NCBI GenBank assembly: GCA_037447605.1
Contig: CM074811.1
Coordinates: 3,224,001-3,288,000 of the forward strand
From: Zygnema circumcarinatum SAG 698-1b
Lineage: Eukaryota > Plantae > Zygnematophyceae
Reading direction: 5' to 3'
DNA: 64,000 nucleotides
The notes under the pieces are model-generated. The model saw only the letters and a list, made by a program, of their open reading frames with translations, was not told the DNA's origin and did no database searches. The translations under genes and the position numbers were made by a program. Positions 1 through 11,727 of the stretch are shown in pieces. Every line of letters starts with the position of its first letter. The stretch's first letter is position 1.

Positions 1-3000
1 GGAAGGTTGACCACCGCTGTAGTATCGCCGCTACCGTTGTCCTAACCGCTGCCGGAAGTACCGCAGAGATCTGACCCCCGCTGATTCAACGAGGGGAGTC
101 ACCCCCATGGGGTGGCGAACCACCAAAGAAGGGGGGGGACCCCGCCGGGGCAGTTGCCGGCGGCGAGGAGATCCCAGTCCTCGAACTGCTACTCCGCAAC
201 CTACTGAGGTTGTCCGACGGAATCGGGCCAAAGTGGCCCCGCTTTCCTTTTGGGGCGAACATCCTAACACGGACTGTTCGATTGAGCAGTGGTTAGGCCA
301 AACGAAGGGTTACCTTCTGGCGACCAACTGTCACCCCATCCAGTAGATAAGCTTTGCTTACCCGGCACTCAGAGGAGCCGCATACCGGGTGTATGAGGGC
401 CTCTTCCGGCGAATTGGGATTTATTGGGATAAGTTCGTGAGATGAACTTATCAAACACTTTGGGATTCCTTGATCCCGCTTGGAGGCCTCGATAAGTTTA
501 ACATGGTCCAAACTGCAGCCGCTGGGCAGCTTCGCGAGACTGCTGACAAGTGGTGCCTCGTGATCACCACTCACAAGCCTGGACAGGCTGAGTTCTTTTT
601 CCACTTCAGGAATGGCNTNAANNNNNACNTGAGNANNCNNCTGCNNANNANNNNNNNNNNNNNNANNNCGTGGGACCCCGNTGANTCNNAGCTGTACTTT
701 GATGCAGCCATTCAGTTGGACACCGCCCCTGTAGGCGATGCAGGCCCTTCCCGACCCCAGCAGAGGTCGGGCGACGTGACAGGGTCGTGGAAGGCGGGAC
801 CCTCAGCTCCTGCCAAGATGGCAGGAAAGAATAAGCGGAAGCAGCCGGAAGCGGCTGCCCGCCCACCCACTGCACGGCCGCAGAAGTTGACTCCAGAGGA
901 AATGGAGAAGATGCAGCGGGAGAACAAGTGTTTCCGTTGCCGCAAGGAAGGGCATAAGGCCCGGGATTGCCCTCTGAACTCCAAGGACAGGAAGGGCAAG
1001 GGGCCGGAAAACCCCAACCCACCAGCAGCTTAGGAGTCGTTGCTGGTGGGGAGGATAGGCTGGGGAATCAGGGAGTCTTGGTTGCCATCACAATTAGGAA
1101 ATTGTTGTTCCTTCGGCCTCTGGATATTGTGAAATTGATGGGCAGACCTTTCGGAGTGCATGACTTGTTGGTTTGTAATGCGCTTCCGGATTCCATTCCT
1201 CTATCCCCTGCCACTGTGGTGACTCCTTCTAGATTTATGGATGTAGTGATGAATGGTGATTGGCATGTCTTTGTCCTCAATGTCATGGGCGATGATGTTC
1301 TCATGCAATGTGCCATGGATGCTTTGCATGTCATGGGAAACACCTCCCATGTCCTTGGGCTGCATGTGCTGGTTCCTCAGCACATGGCAGTTCGCACCTT
1401 TCCCAACGCCACTTGGCGGTTGGTGAAACAGTTGAGGAAAGGGCACACGTTGGTGCAAGAGATGGAAGGATCCACCAGCTTACTGGTTGGATCCCCCTAC
1501 ACCTTGGTGTGGAGGACGGCTCGTCCTCACCCCTCGCATATAGTGCGGTCCATGTTCCATCTTGCCCATCGTGCAATGACCTTCACCGGGTCAGCCAATG
1601 GCCACCCTGCAGTGATACTGCTAGATACTGGGGCAGACGCAAACTTTGTTAGTTCTGCATTTACCCAGAGATTTGGATTGACCACATATCCCCACTCAGA
1701 AAGTGTTACTTTCGGGGATGGACGCAAGGGCCAGATCTCTGGTAGCGTCACACTCAAGATCAAGCTCCAATCGTATTCCGGGGCAGTGAAGTGCCTTCTG
1801 ACACAACTGGCCTCTGGAACGGATGTTATTTTGGGGAGTGCTTGGTTAACCATGGTCAAAGCCCAATTGGACTTTTCCATCCCACACTGTATTCTGCACA
1901 GTGGGGATAGGCGCATCACACTACACCCTGGCAAAACCACATCCACTGCGTTCGCGCAGGTTGATACTCCTTATCTCTGCTCGGCTATGCAGTTGGCCAA
2001 GGCAGTTAAGGAGGGTTGCACCTTGTTCATGGTGCATGTCATGGCAACGACTGAGGATGTTCATGACGAAGATCAAGAATGGCAGATCACATCTACGGAC
2101 GTGCTCTCGGCTGTTCCGNNNNNNNNNNTTGAGGATGTGCATTGATTATCGCGCACTCAACAAGATCACTGTAAAGAATCGATTTGCTTTACCACGTATC
2201 GACGATCTGTTGGATCGTCTTCACGGCGCCAAAGTGTTCACATCACTTGATCTTGCTCAGGGGTACCATCAGATCCGTGTTACGGAAGCTGATGTGCCAA
2301 AAACTGCGTTCCGGACACCGATTGGTCATTTCCAATATAAGGTGTTGCCCTTGGATTGACGCATCGCTGCAACTTCCGTGCAAAAACAGCTGAGCTTTAC
2401 TCGCATATCCTTTTGTCTTCAGTAAGACAAATGAGGAACATCTTGAACACGCTCGAAAGTGCGTTTGAGACCCTGAGGAAACACCAATTTTATGCCAAGA
2501 GGAAGAAGTGTCACTTCATGCAACGTGAGTTGCTTTATCTTGGGCATATCCTCAATGATCAGGGCCTTCGGCCTGATCCTGCCAAAGTTTCAGCGGTAGA
2601 AACTTGGGCGCCACCGACTGACTTGCATCAGTTGAGGTCTTTTCTGGGCTTTGCGAATTATTTTCGTAAGTTCATCCAAGGGTTTAGTAAACTGGTTACC
2701 CCCTTGACTAATTTGACACGTTCCGGTGTCCCCTTTACATGGACCCCTCAATGCCAGGATGCATTCGAAGGTGTGCGCCATGCACTTGTTACCGCACCCA
2801 CTCTCCGTTTAGCGGACCCGTCCAAGCCTTATGAAGTGGTTTGTGATGCTTCGGGATTCGCCTTGGGTGCCGTCTTGTTTCAGGATGGCCAACCTTTGGC
2901 GTATGAAAGTCGCAAAATGAATCCCGTTGAGCGCAACTATTCTGCAACAGAACAGGAACTGCTTGCAGTGGTCCACGCCCTGAGGACATGGCAATGCTAT

Positions 3001-5062
3001 TTAGAGGGGCGTAAAGCGTCACGCTAATAATGACCACGCCGCTGCTCTCAACCCAAATGCACTTCGTTTGTGGCTGTGCACGCTGGTCTGAGTTCCTCCA
3101 AAGGTTTGATCGCCAAAGGGGTTTATCGCCCTAAGGCTGAATGTAGCGTACTCCACCCCAGTAGGCAGCCCTGCGATCTTGCCCGATGGTGCGCCACGAC
3201 TCGAAAAGTTGGTGGAACGATGACAGAGGTGAGGGGCCGGCCAACCCCGAGTCTCCGTCTCCAGTATGCTTTGTCATAGATCCCTCCACCAGTGACGCAG
3301 TCAACCCTCCTGCTCTCTCTGATCTCAGACAGATGATCCAGGAGGGGTATACTGGTGATCCTTTGTTCCTGGATGGCCAAGGTAATGGCTATAAGGACAA
3401 AGTGGTGTCTAAGGACGGATTCTGGTACCACGGCCAGCAGTTGGTCGTGCCCAAGGCCGGGACTGTACGGCAGCTCATTCTGGGTGAGCTACATGATCCT
3501 CCGTACCGAGGTCACATGGGAGTTGCCAAAACCCGTGAGGCACTGCTCCGAGAGTTCTGGTGGCCTGGACTCTCGAGGGATGTGAAAGCGTATGTACTCG
3601 CTTGTCCAACTTGTCAACGAAACAAACCCCGCACTGGCAGGATTCCTGGCCAGCTGCAACCCCTCACACCTCCTTTTCGGAAATGGGATAGTGTGGGTAT
3701 GGACTTGATCACAGATCTTCCTGTGACACCTCGGGGGCATGACTCCATCCTCGTCTTTGTCGATCGGCTTAGCAAGATGGTGCATTTTGCGCCAACTACT
3801 AAGACAGCTGGGGCCGACAAGATTGCACGGTTGTATGTTGACAAAGTGTGGAGCCAGCATGGTCTTCAGTCAGAAATTGTGTCTGACCGTGATCCACGAT
3901 TCACCGGCCATTTCTGGACGGAAGTGCTCAAAATCGTTGGGACCAAGCAGGCGTTGAGTACAGCTTTCCACCCGCAAACTGATGGCCAGACGGAACGGGT
4001 GAACAGGATCCTGGAGGATTACCTCCGGCATTATGTGGGACCTACCCCGGATGGGTGGGACGAACTGCTCCCAGTGGCTGAGTATGCCATCAATAATGCT
4101 TTCCAGGAGTCCATTGGTACCACCCTCTTTCTTTCTGAACTTTGGCCGCGATCCTCTAAATCCTCAAGCAACCAAGGATCAGCCCTTTGATCCGCGGGAA
4201 CATGGGCGCCCACGTAAACTCCCGATCCTGGAAGCCGAGAGGGACCTATGGGACTCAACCTCCTCAAGTAGCCAGATCTTTGTCCCGACTAATGTCCGAG
4301 GCGTCAAGTAGAGGGCAATCGCGTACCGCTAGCGCCCGCCATGCATTAAAAGGCCTATGCCGACCCTCACCGGGCATTCAACTCACCTTCAACGCGGGCT
4401 GCATGTGAGGGGTGCTGTTGGCACGGGCGAACTCTGAGACTCAAAGCTTATGGCGGAACACGTAAGCTGTGGCCCCGCTTCATCGGACCTTTTAAGGTCG
4501 TGAAGCGAATCAATGATGTCGCTTACAGGTTGGATTTACCATCCCACATGAAGGTGCATCCGGTCTTTCATGTGGGTTTGCTAAAGGTCTACCGTAGCGA
4601 TGGGAGGATCCAACCACCTCCCCCACCAGTGGAACTTGAAGGTGAACTTGAGTATGAGGTTGAAACCATTCAAGCCCACCGTCTTGTGAGAAAGGGTCGA
4701 TCTTCCCGTCACGAATACCTCGTGAAGTGGTTGGGCTATGGGGTTGAACATAGCACATGGGAAGCCGAGGGCAACTTAACCAATTGCCAGGAGCTCATCA
4801 ACTTGTACTGGGAGGCGCAGGCCGCAGGAGAGCGGGCGCGGGCGGCACGGGGGGTTCCTGAGCCGTCCACGCGCAACTCGGNNNNNNNNNNGCGCGGCCT
4901 ATCGCCGCCCTCCACGTGTCCTATTCAAACCTGTCGTCTTCCCACTAAGAACAGCGCTCTAGCGCACTGTTCAGACTGTGACCAAATCTACCAAGGACCG
5001 CCGACACTAGCTAAGGACCGTAAAGTGTACTACGTTGTTCTATACCCCTATTGTACACTACA
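1..5062 (+). mobile_element. Ty3/Gypsy LTR retrotransposon (chromovirus type), degenerate; 5' end outside the window
   Basis: Gag CCHC knuckle CFRCRKEGHKARDC (~929-970); protease LLDTGADANF (~1620); RT RMCIDYRALNK...LDLAQGYHQIR...KTAFRT (2130-2350); RNase H CDASGFALGAVL...YSATEQELLAVV; integrase H-H-C-C plus core (MDLITDLP, SDRDPRF, TDGQTERVN); GPF/Y motif and chromodomain EYEVETI...EYLVKWLGYGVEHSTWE (4650-4800). The order PR-RT-RH-IN is Gypsy-type. Frameshifts/stops near 2358, 3025-3186 and 4130-4400; RT YxDD region is degraded. Confidence 0.96.
4892..5062 (+). repeat. 3' end of the 3' LTR of the Gypsy element (remainder lost in N gap)
   Basis: 171 bp matching 31399-31569 with one visible mismatch; ends ...ACACTACA, then host sequence resumes. 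Confidence 0.9.
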
Positions 5063-5307
5063 GCGCTCGAACTCAAACTCAAACTCAAACTGGAACTAAA
5101 CTGCAACTGAAACTGGAGCTGGAAGATGATGCATGTTTCATTGCGGACACGTTACAATGGCTCGGCACCGTCCATGTGAAGCTGGAGAAGTACGCAAAGG
5201 AAGGGCGCGCTTTTACCTGCTTCAGGCGCTAGGGCCACCGCGCAGGCGGGGGCTGAGAGGAGGGCGACGACGAGGCATGCGCGGAGGACGGGAGAGAGGG
5301 CGGCCAT
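5063..5307 (-). pseudogene. Active-type trypsin-like protease, copy B1: exon 1 (signal peptide) and part of intron 1, interrupted by the Gypsy element
   Basis: ATG at 5307; exon 5307-5217 MAALSPVLRACLVVALLSAPPAVALAPEA-like, followed by G|GTAAAA donor; homologous to 38078-38348. Homology stops exactly at the LTR terminal CA (5062). Confidence 0.85.
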
Positions 5308-5993
5308 GGCTGCCGTGGGGGAAGGAGAGGAGGAGAGGGAGAGAGAGGGGGGAGAGGAAAGAGAGGGAGGAGAGGGTGGGCGGGTGGGAAGCAGGAGAGA
5401 GAGTTGAGGGAGGAGTGGGAGGGAGCTGACTACATAGTACCGTGAGAGGGCCTCCTACCCTTGGAAACACAAACACATAAACAATCCGTATGGCGCAGAC
5501 GAAACCTCGTCGTATCCGCGAAAGCGACAGTGAACCAGACGTTGATTGATTGGACTCTTCTGTCGGCGGAAGATTGGCCTCTGGGGGAGGATCATCTACC
5601 GACATGTACTGTCAAAGTTTCTCGAGAATCGGATCTTGACTTTCGCAACAAGTCCCCAATTGCACCGCCAGAGGACAAATTGTTGTACGGAGAGACTTGG
5701 CGACTTGTGATGATTACGATGCGCGTCAACGCCATTCAAAGCGTCAGCGTCTGCTGCGTACACTGATGACACGTGGCGAGCATTTTGACCGTCCGTTATG
5801 CTTTTTTGGCTTCCCCTAAAATTGAAAAGAGTAGCGGACGTCGATTAAACTTCCGAAATTTCGACATGAAAGGTAATTTTTCAGAGGCACTCTCCTTTCC
5901 TTTCCACCCGCGGGGGGATGTTGCGTTGGTCCCAACACGCCCTTGGGATGGCCATGAGAGCTCATGGCCGCGTCGGAGAATTCCAATCGAAAT

Positions 5994-6059
5994 TTCTAAA
6001 AGTGTTGTTATAAAATGCCTGACTTTAGGTCAGGCCGTTTTATAACAACACTTTTAGAA
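5994..6059. repeat. 66-bp near-perfect palindrome in the divergent promoter
   Basis: TTCTAAAAGTGTTGTTATAAAA ... TTTTATAACAACACTTTTAGAA (22-bp perfect arms) with inner GCCTGAC/GTCAGGC pairing; homologue at ~37330-37392. Confidence 0.9.
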
Positions 6060-6072
6060 TGGCCGGACAGTG

Positions 6073-6522
6073 GTACGAATGTACGGTCATACGGTCAGTT
6101 TCAAGTTCAAAGTCACTGGTTGTACAGTCATTGTAAAAGTGTTCTAAAACTCTTTAACTTTTAGGCATTAGAACGTTCTAATTCCGAAATCTAAAACTCT
6201 GAAAGCCGCTTGTACGGACAAATGTACACATCCCTAGGCCGCAGACATCCTTGTCCTGTACGGCTTCAATCAGCGCTGCGCATCGATTTCCGCACACGCC
6301 GGTCCTCCGAAACTTGCCATTCAGACTTCGTACGAACATGCATCTGTCTCGAAAACAAGACCAGGTACGTCCCTATCTTTCTACTGTTCCGAAAACGTTC
6401 ATTTCGTTTTGTACCATTCCGTTCTTTACTCTTCTTTGCTTTTCGTGAGCCGGAAGGAAATGTACCAGACAGTACGGCACAGTACCGACCAGCTTCGATC
6501 GGCGGCGGCTTGAGCCTATAAA
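6073..6522 (+). promoter_or_regulatory. GTAC-motif cluster plus TATA box upstream of pseudoprotease A1
   Basis: 12 GTAC tetramers counted in 6073-6485; TATAAA at 6517-6522, about 110 bp before the ATG and conserved in the copies at 34120 and 36859. Confidence 0.65.
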
Positions 6523-6631
6523 CTGCGCGCCGTGTCGAGGTCCGCATCAACGCGCTCCGCCTCCCGTCCCTCCCTCTCTCTATCTCCCTATCTCGCTCTC
6601 GCTCTCTCTCTCGCGTCTCACCGCAGCAGCC

Positions 6632-7600
6632 ATGGCCGTCCTCCTCGCCCTCCTGCCCCTCCTCCTTGCGGCCCTCCTCCCCAAGGCAGCGGCGGGCTCT
6701 CTTCAAACCGTCACAGTTGCCGCCTCGAAGGACGTTTCTCTTTCTGCCAAAGCTATAAGTGAATTGTCCCTCTCGGGCAACATGTCCCTCCCCCTCGCCG
6801 TCAGCAAGGGCGGCGTGGCTCCCAAGGGCTTCCTCACCTGCAACACGGGCTCCCCTCCATGGCCGGCCTCCCTCATCGTGCCGGGCTTCGAGGAGACCGG
6901 CCTCGGCTCGGGCATAGTTCTGCTCTTCTTCTCATTCGTCTCCACCGGCCGCACATTCCGCGCCTGCTCGGGGACTCTTATTGCGCCCACTCTCGTGGCT
7001 ACCTCCGCTTCGTGCGTCTATGACACGGACGTGAACGTGTGGCAGATCAACTCAACCGTCACCGTGACCGCATTCACAAGGAGGAACGGAGTGAGCGATG
7101 TCACCTTCTCCACCGCCTTCGTCTCCACCGCTTCGATCTTCACTGCCTTCATCAACGCGGCCTCGTTTGTGAACACACTCTTTGACGGCAGCGACATCGC
7201 CGTTGTGAAGCTGATTTCGCCCCTTGTCGGACAAGCCTTCAAGTGGACCAGCGCCGTGCCAGCCCCATTTCCGCGCGCTGCTTTTGGGTATCCCGCCCAG
7301 ACAGTCGACGGCAAGCACATCGTCTATGACGTGACGGTGCTGCCTCTCTCGCGCGGCTGCCAGGGCTACTCCACGAACGTTCTGTGCGAGGACTTGTCTG
7401 TGGAGGGAGGGATGGGAGGCGGCCCTCTCGTCACTCTGACCCCCAGTCTGCTCGCTGTGGGGGTGCTGTCCGGCGCTGCCCCGTCCAGCTGCCCGGCGTA
7501 CTTCACTGCTCTTGTGGGGACCTACTCCTTGGAGGTGCTCGCTCGCAGTGTGGGGTGCACTGCGGTCAACAGCAACGGCATCTTCTCCGCTTCATGCTGA
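6632..7600 (+). CDS. Secreted trypsin-fold (PA clan) pseudoprotease A1, intronless, 322 aa
   Basis: Hydrophobic signal peptide; CSGTLIAPTLVATSASC (His->Ser relative to TAAHC); SDIAVVKL (Asp retained); EGGMGGGPL (Ser->Gly relative to GxSGGP); 8 Cys conserved with the type B proteins. Confidence 0.88.
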   Translation: MAVLLALLPLLLAALLPKAAAGSLQTVTVAASKDVSLSAKAISELSLSGNMSLPLAVSKGGVAPKGFLTCNTGSPPWPASLIVPGFEETGLGSGIVLLFFSFVSTGRTFRACSGTLIAPTLVATSASCVYDTDVNVWQINSTVTVTAFTRRNGVSDVTFSTAFVSTASIFTAFINAASFVNTLFDGSDIAVVKLISPLVGQAFKWTSAVPAPFPRAAFGYPAQTVDGKHIVYDVTVLPLSRGCQGYSTNVLCEDLSVEGGMGGGPLVTLTPSLLAVGVLSGAAPSSCPAYFTALVGTYSLEVLARSVGCTAVNSNGIFSASC

Positions 7601-8889
7601 GCGTCGGTCGATGTGCGGACAGCACACGTGCAACGTTTTGGTGTCCTCGGTCTCGAGTTTTTGAACTCTTAAGAGGCTGAGAGTGGAAACAGTTATGCGG
7701 TGTGCTGTTTCTAGGAGTCGGTGAACTGGCAAATGCGATTCCTGGACGTTCTGTTGAAGATTTTCTGATTCCTGTTGGGACTCGTGGGGAATATTGGGTA
7801 CTTCCAGGGGAAGCTGGTGATTAGGAAATAGGCAATGGTGGGATCTCGGCATTATATATTTGTATGTGTATCTGGTTTTAGGAGAGAATTTTGGGCATGA
7901 CCTGTCGGATCTCTCCTTTGATATTAAGAAAGATCAGTTTTTACTGAAATTTTGAATGCGAGCTGCTGCAGGGTTTCCAATGATGCTATTTTGGGGCGAA
8001 GTCACTTCTTTTATCTGTCCATCTGATTCAGCGATGGGTGACCGTGACACACGCATGTGCATGCACTTTTTTTCAGCCAATGGGAGTGTTAGCAATCTTG
8101 AGAACAGCGCCTTTCAGCCTTTCTCAATTTCACGGGCGTCGGAGCTCAAATGCGCGGCTCAAGCGAGGCCGCCGAGTGATGAAGTGCCTGCCCAATCTGA
8201 TGGCCCAGATTCTCCATCGCAAGAATCGGACGGTCCAGATTGGTTGGGCGGCGTCGCCATGCAGCTAATGTCCATGGGACCGTGAAACTGTATCCCGTTC
8301 CGTTCCGCGTGCGCGCCGTCCCGTGCCGTCCCAGTGCCAATTCACGCACTTCCGTTTCCCTGAAATCGTGGATATGCCGTACAGCCCCGCCACTGTACAA
8401 TAAAATTGCTACCTGCCTGGTGTGCATGTGGGTCCACGTGGCTTTTTTTGATTGGGAGGTGGCTCTTAAAAATTCGCGGACTTGCAGGCAGACATTACGC
8501 CTTTCCGTGTGTGTTTTTTTGTACACGTGGCACGTTGCGATTGGAGCAGAATCTTGAAAGACAGTATTTGCGAGGCGGCCCTTGACAGGAGCTTGCTGGG
8601 AGTTCAAGGCGGCCCTTGACAGGAGCTTGCAGGGAGTTGCAGGCGCTGCGTAGGGAGGGAGGGAGGCAGGGATTTAGGGAGTGAGAGGGAGGGGAGGGTA
8701 GGGGAGGGGAGGAGAGGGGAGGGGAGGGAGGGAGGGAGGGAGGAAGGAGGGAAGGAGGGAGGGAAAGAGAGGGAGAGAGAGGGAGGGAGGGAGGGAAATA
8801 GAAGGAGAGTGAGGGAGGGAGGGAGGGAGGGAGGGTGGGAGGGATTGAAGGAAGGAGGAAGGGAGGATGCTGGCGCTGACTGCACGAGG

Positions 8890-11727
8890 ATGAGGATGGC
8901 GATGGAGGCTATGCTCATGCTTTTTCAGGGCTGGAATGGTAAGGGTAAATGGGAACGGCCTGGACTTCGGCGCCGGTTTTAAGGATGAACGTAGGGAGAT
9001 TGAACTGATACATTTATGCTATATGCGTGATTTTTTGAAAGATTCAGTGCAGGAATCTATCGAGCGGTTACCGGTGATTCTGGTTCAAGGACGCAGGGAG
9101 GATGCAGGGGAATAGGTTGACGAGATATCCTGTGCAGAATACGCGAAAGGAAGTAGTGCAGAATTTCAATTATTTATATCGAGTGAATGAAGAATAAAAA
9201 TGACCCGTATTGCTTTAAATGATTGTGCAGGACCTTGCCTTGGAAGGTTGCCACTTTCACAAGTGATGCTCATTTTTGCATTGATGCATGCGTTCACTTG
9301 CAAGGGAGCTCAAGCAGCAGCTGCAGCTGCGTTGAGGCCTCTTGAGCCAGCTCGGGGAGCGTATTTAGGAGTGGTGCCGCCCCCTGAAGTATTTCCGGAC
9401 TTCGTTTCGTGGGAATCCAAAACTCTTGGTGTCACGCCGGCATTGTTTTCGCGTTTTTTTTCGTTTCCGTTGGATGACGACAATGTCTACGACCTAGAGA
9501 TTTTCCTTAGCCAGGCAATTATCTCGCATGACCCCCTCAGTTTCATGTTCTCGCTTGTCCTACAAATTCTTAATGTTAAAATATGAGTGCTCACGCCGAA
9601 TGCTGAATGTTGAACCTGAGTTGAATACTGAATTTGGATGTTTAAGTTGCCCCGATGAATGCTGTATAGTACATGCTATGCTGGCGCTCATTTGCAAAAA
9701 ATCTCTTGCCCCTCGTGCTTATGGAGTTATCACTGGTTTTATTGCAGGTCGCAGAAGCAAGGGCTCTCGCAATGGTAACCCTAGAACCTTGGAAGGGACT
9801 GGCTGCCGTCTCGGAAAAATCAGCTCGAAAGTTAGCCTCAATCCTTCGCAAATATGAGGTGCAATTCGACCTTACCAACTTTCTAAACGAGTCTCTCCGT
9901 CTCTTTGCTGTACCAAGGCTGGCATTGCGCTTAGCTACCAATCGCAACTCCTTCAGATGCAACGGAAAAGAAAAATTAAGCTTTAAGCTTTAAAGAGCAA
10001 AGCGTTTTCTGAACTGCTTGCACTATTTCTGCAAGGCGAATTCAAACGCTCAAAGATCCTGGATGCAGAAAGGACTTCCGTTCCCCCTTCGGACATGAAC
10101 AATTTGAACCGACTGTGACTGTTTAACAATGCTGTGACTTTCCTAAAGTGCAGAAGCGCGGCCTTCGCTGTATAGTTCGATTCGCCCACGAAATGAACGG
10201 GGCATGGTATCCTTGGAGCCAGCAGCCGGGCCGATATAAGAAGGCGTTTAGGATAGTGGCACGGAACATAAAAGCGAACACATTGAATCTGGCGATGGCA
10301 TGGGCTCCAAACGACGGAGGAGGATATCCCTTCCCCGGAGCAGCGTAAGGAAGGGCCTGTTTTTATTTTGGTGGCAAGAGGCCACGTCTGTTTCCATGTT
10401 CAGTATTACATTTCGATTTTTTTAGATTCCAATGCAGTTTCAGTCGCAGTTTCAGTTTCACGTTCTGTTGAGAGCGCAGTTTCAAATGCAAGCCACAAGT
10501 TCGTATCGTTACTTTAGGTTATCTCGCTTTTGCAGGTACAATGCACGGCCAGGAAAAGCTGATTTCAAAGCGCTTGATACAAACAGAGATGGTAAGTTAA
10601 GCATGGCGGATGACATGTACTCTCCGTACTATCCAGGGGACGCATTTGTGGACTGGGTGGGGCTTAGTCTTTACAGTTTTGGCGACATTGTGAAGCACAG
10701 CAGTCAAGTGGCGGAACGTCAGCAGATATACAAAAAGGTTGGAATGGTGGCCTCATCCTTCAAAACCTCATGTTCACTTGCGACTTATATAGAAGACATC
10801 TAATTTGAAGAAGTACGGAAATTAGGGCGAGAACACTGTAATTTTTCAAACTCATGTATTGCATGGAGTCATTCGAGATCCATGTTTTGCTTATGTATGA
10901 ATACAGCATCACCCATTTTCTTTTCAATCTGTGTTGCAGATTACGGGGACATACGACGGTATACAGGGGAATCAGATGGCTGTTCCAGATTTCTACGCCT
11001 TGTTTTCAGGTCCCAAGAGCAAACATCAGAAGCCCATGATGATCGCCGAGACATCTGCTGCATACTATGAATACACAGCAAGGTCACATCCCACCAATCT
11101 GGAGGTCAAACAGTCCTGGTTTACGCAGCTGTTCAACGTCAAAGGTGAGAAATTTCAGAAGAAATGAAGGCGAAGGGGAGGCAACCTGACCGTCTCTCAC
11201 TACATCTTTCCTTGCCTTTGACCTTACTTCTGCACTTTGTAGCCCTAGCACTAGGGACATACCCCGGTTAACCATTGCCTTAACCAATCTCTAAGAGAGC
11301 TCCTTCTGCTTCATGATTTGTAACATTTGCTGGGCGTCGAGGTTCGATTCACAGTTTCTTAATAGTTTTCTTCCCAGGATCCATATAATCATCCATTCTG
11401 AAATGTCTTCACTCAGCATAAAGAGTATCTCCTCTGCTCTCTCTCTATAGGAATCTCTGACAAGGGTTTTGTGTTCTCTTGATGGGGGGAAACGGTACAG
11501 ACGGCATCAATAATGCAGTGAACATGCGCAAGGTCTTTCCAAGACTTAAGCTTATTGTGTGGTTCGACGTGAGGAAGGAAGAAGCCGCCGCCGGCTTTAA
11601 GGTTATTGACTGGTCTCTCACTTCAGAGCCCGCCGTTCGGAAAGCCTTCACCACGTTTCTCAATTCCACACGTGTGAAGGGCAAGAACTATTGGCTGCTC
11701 TTGAGTGACGTCCGTTCCATGCAGTGA
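8890..11727 (+). CDS. Glycoside hydrolase family 26 (beta-mannanase-like), probably secreted, ~7 exons
   Basis: Exons ~8890-8938, 9231-9514, 9748-9858, 10154-10344, 10536-10737, 10940-11144, 11501-11727 join in frame. Motifs VTLEPW, RFAHEMNGAWYPW (acid/base Glu), WAPN, YYPGDAFVDWVGLSLY, KPMMIAET (nucleophile Glu), FPRLKLIVWFD. Start uncertain (alternative ATG at 9264). Confidence 0.87.

Larger units (their letters stand above)
5063..8362. repeat. ~3.3 kb inverted segmental duplication of 35029-38348
   Basis: Coding, promoter and 3' flank sequences match the reverse complement with scattered substitutions and indels (for example, 8330-8362 vs 35029-35062). Confidence 0.9.

Noticed and set aside
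8573-8645. 34-bp unit repeated twice (CRISPR-like?)
   Set aside because: Only two adjacent units, no unique spacers, no cas genes, eukaryotic context; an ordinary short tandem duplication.
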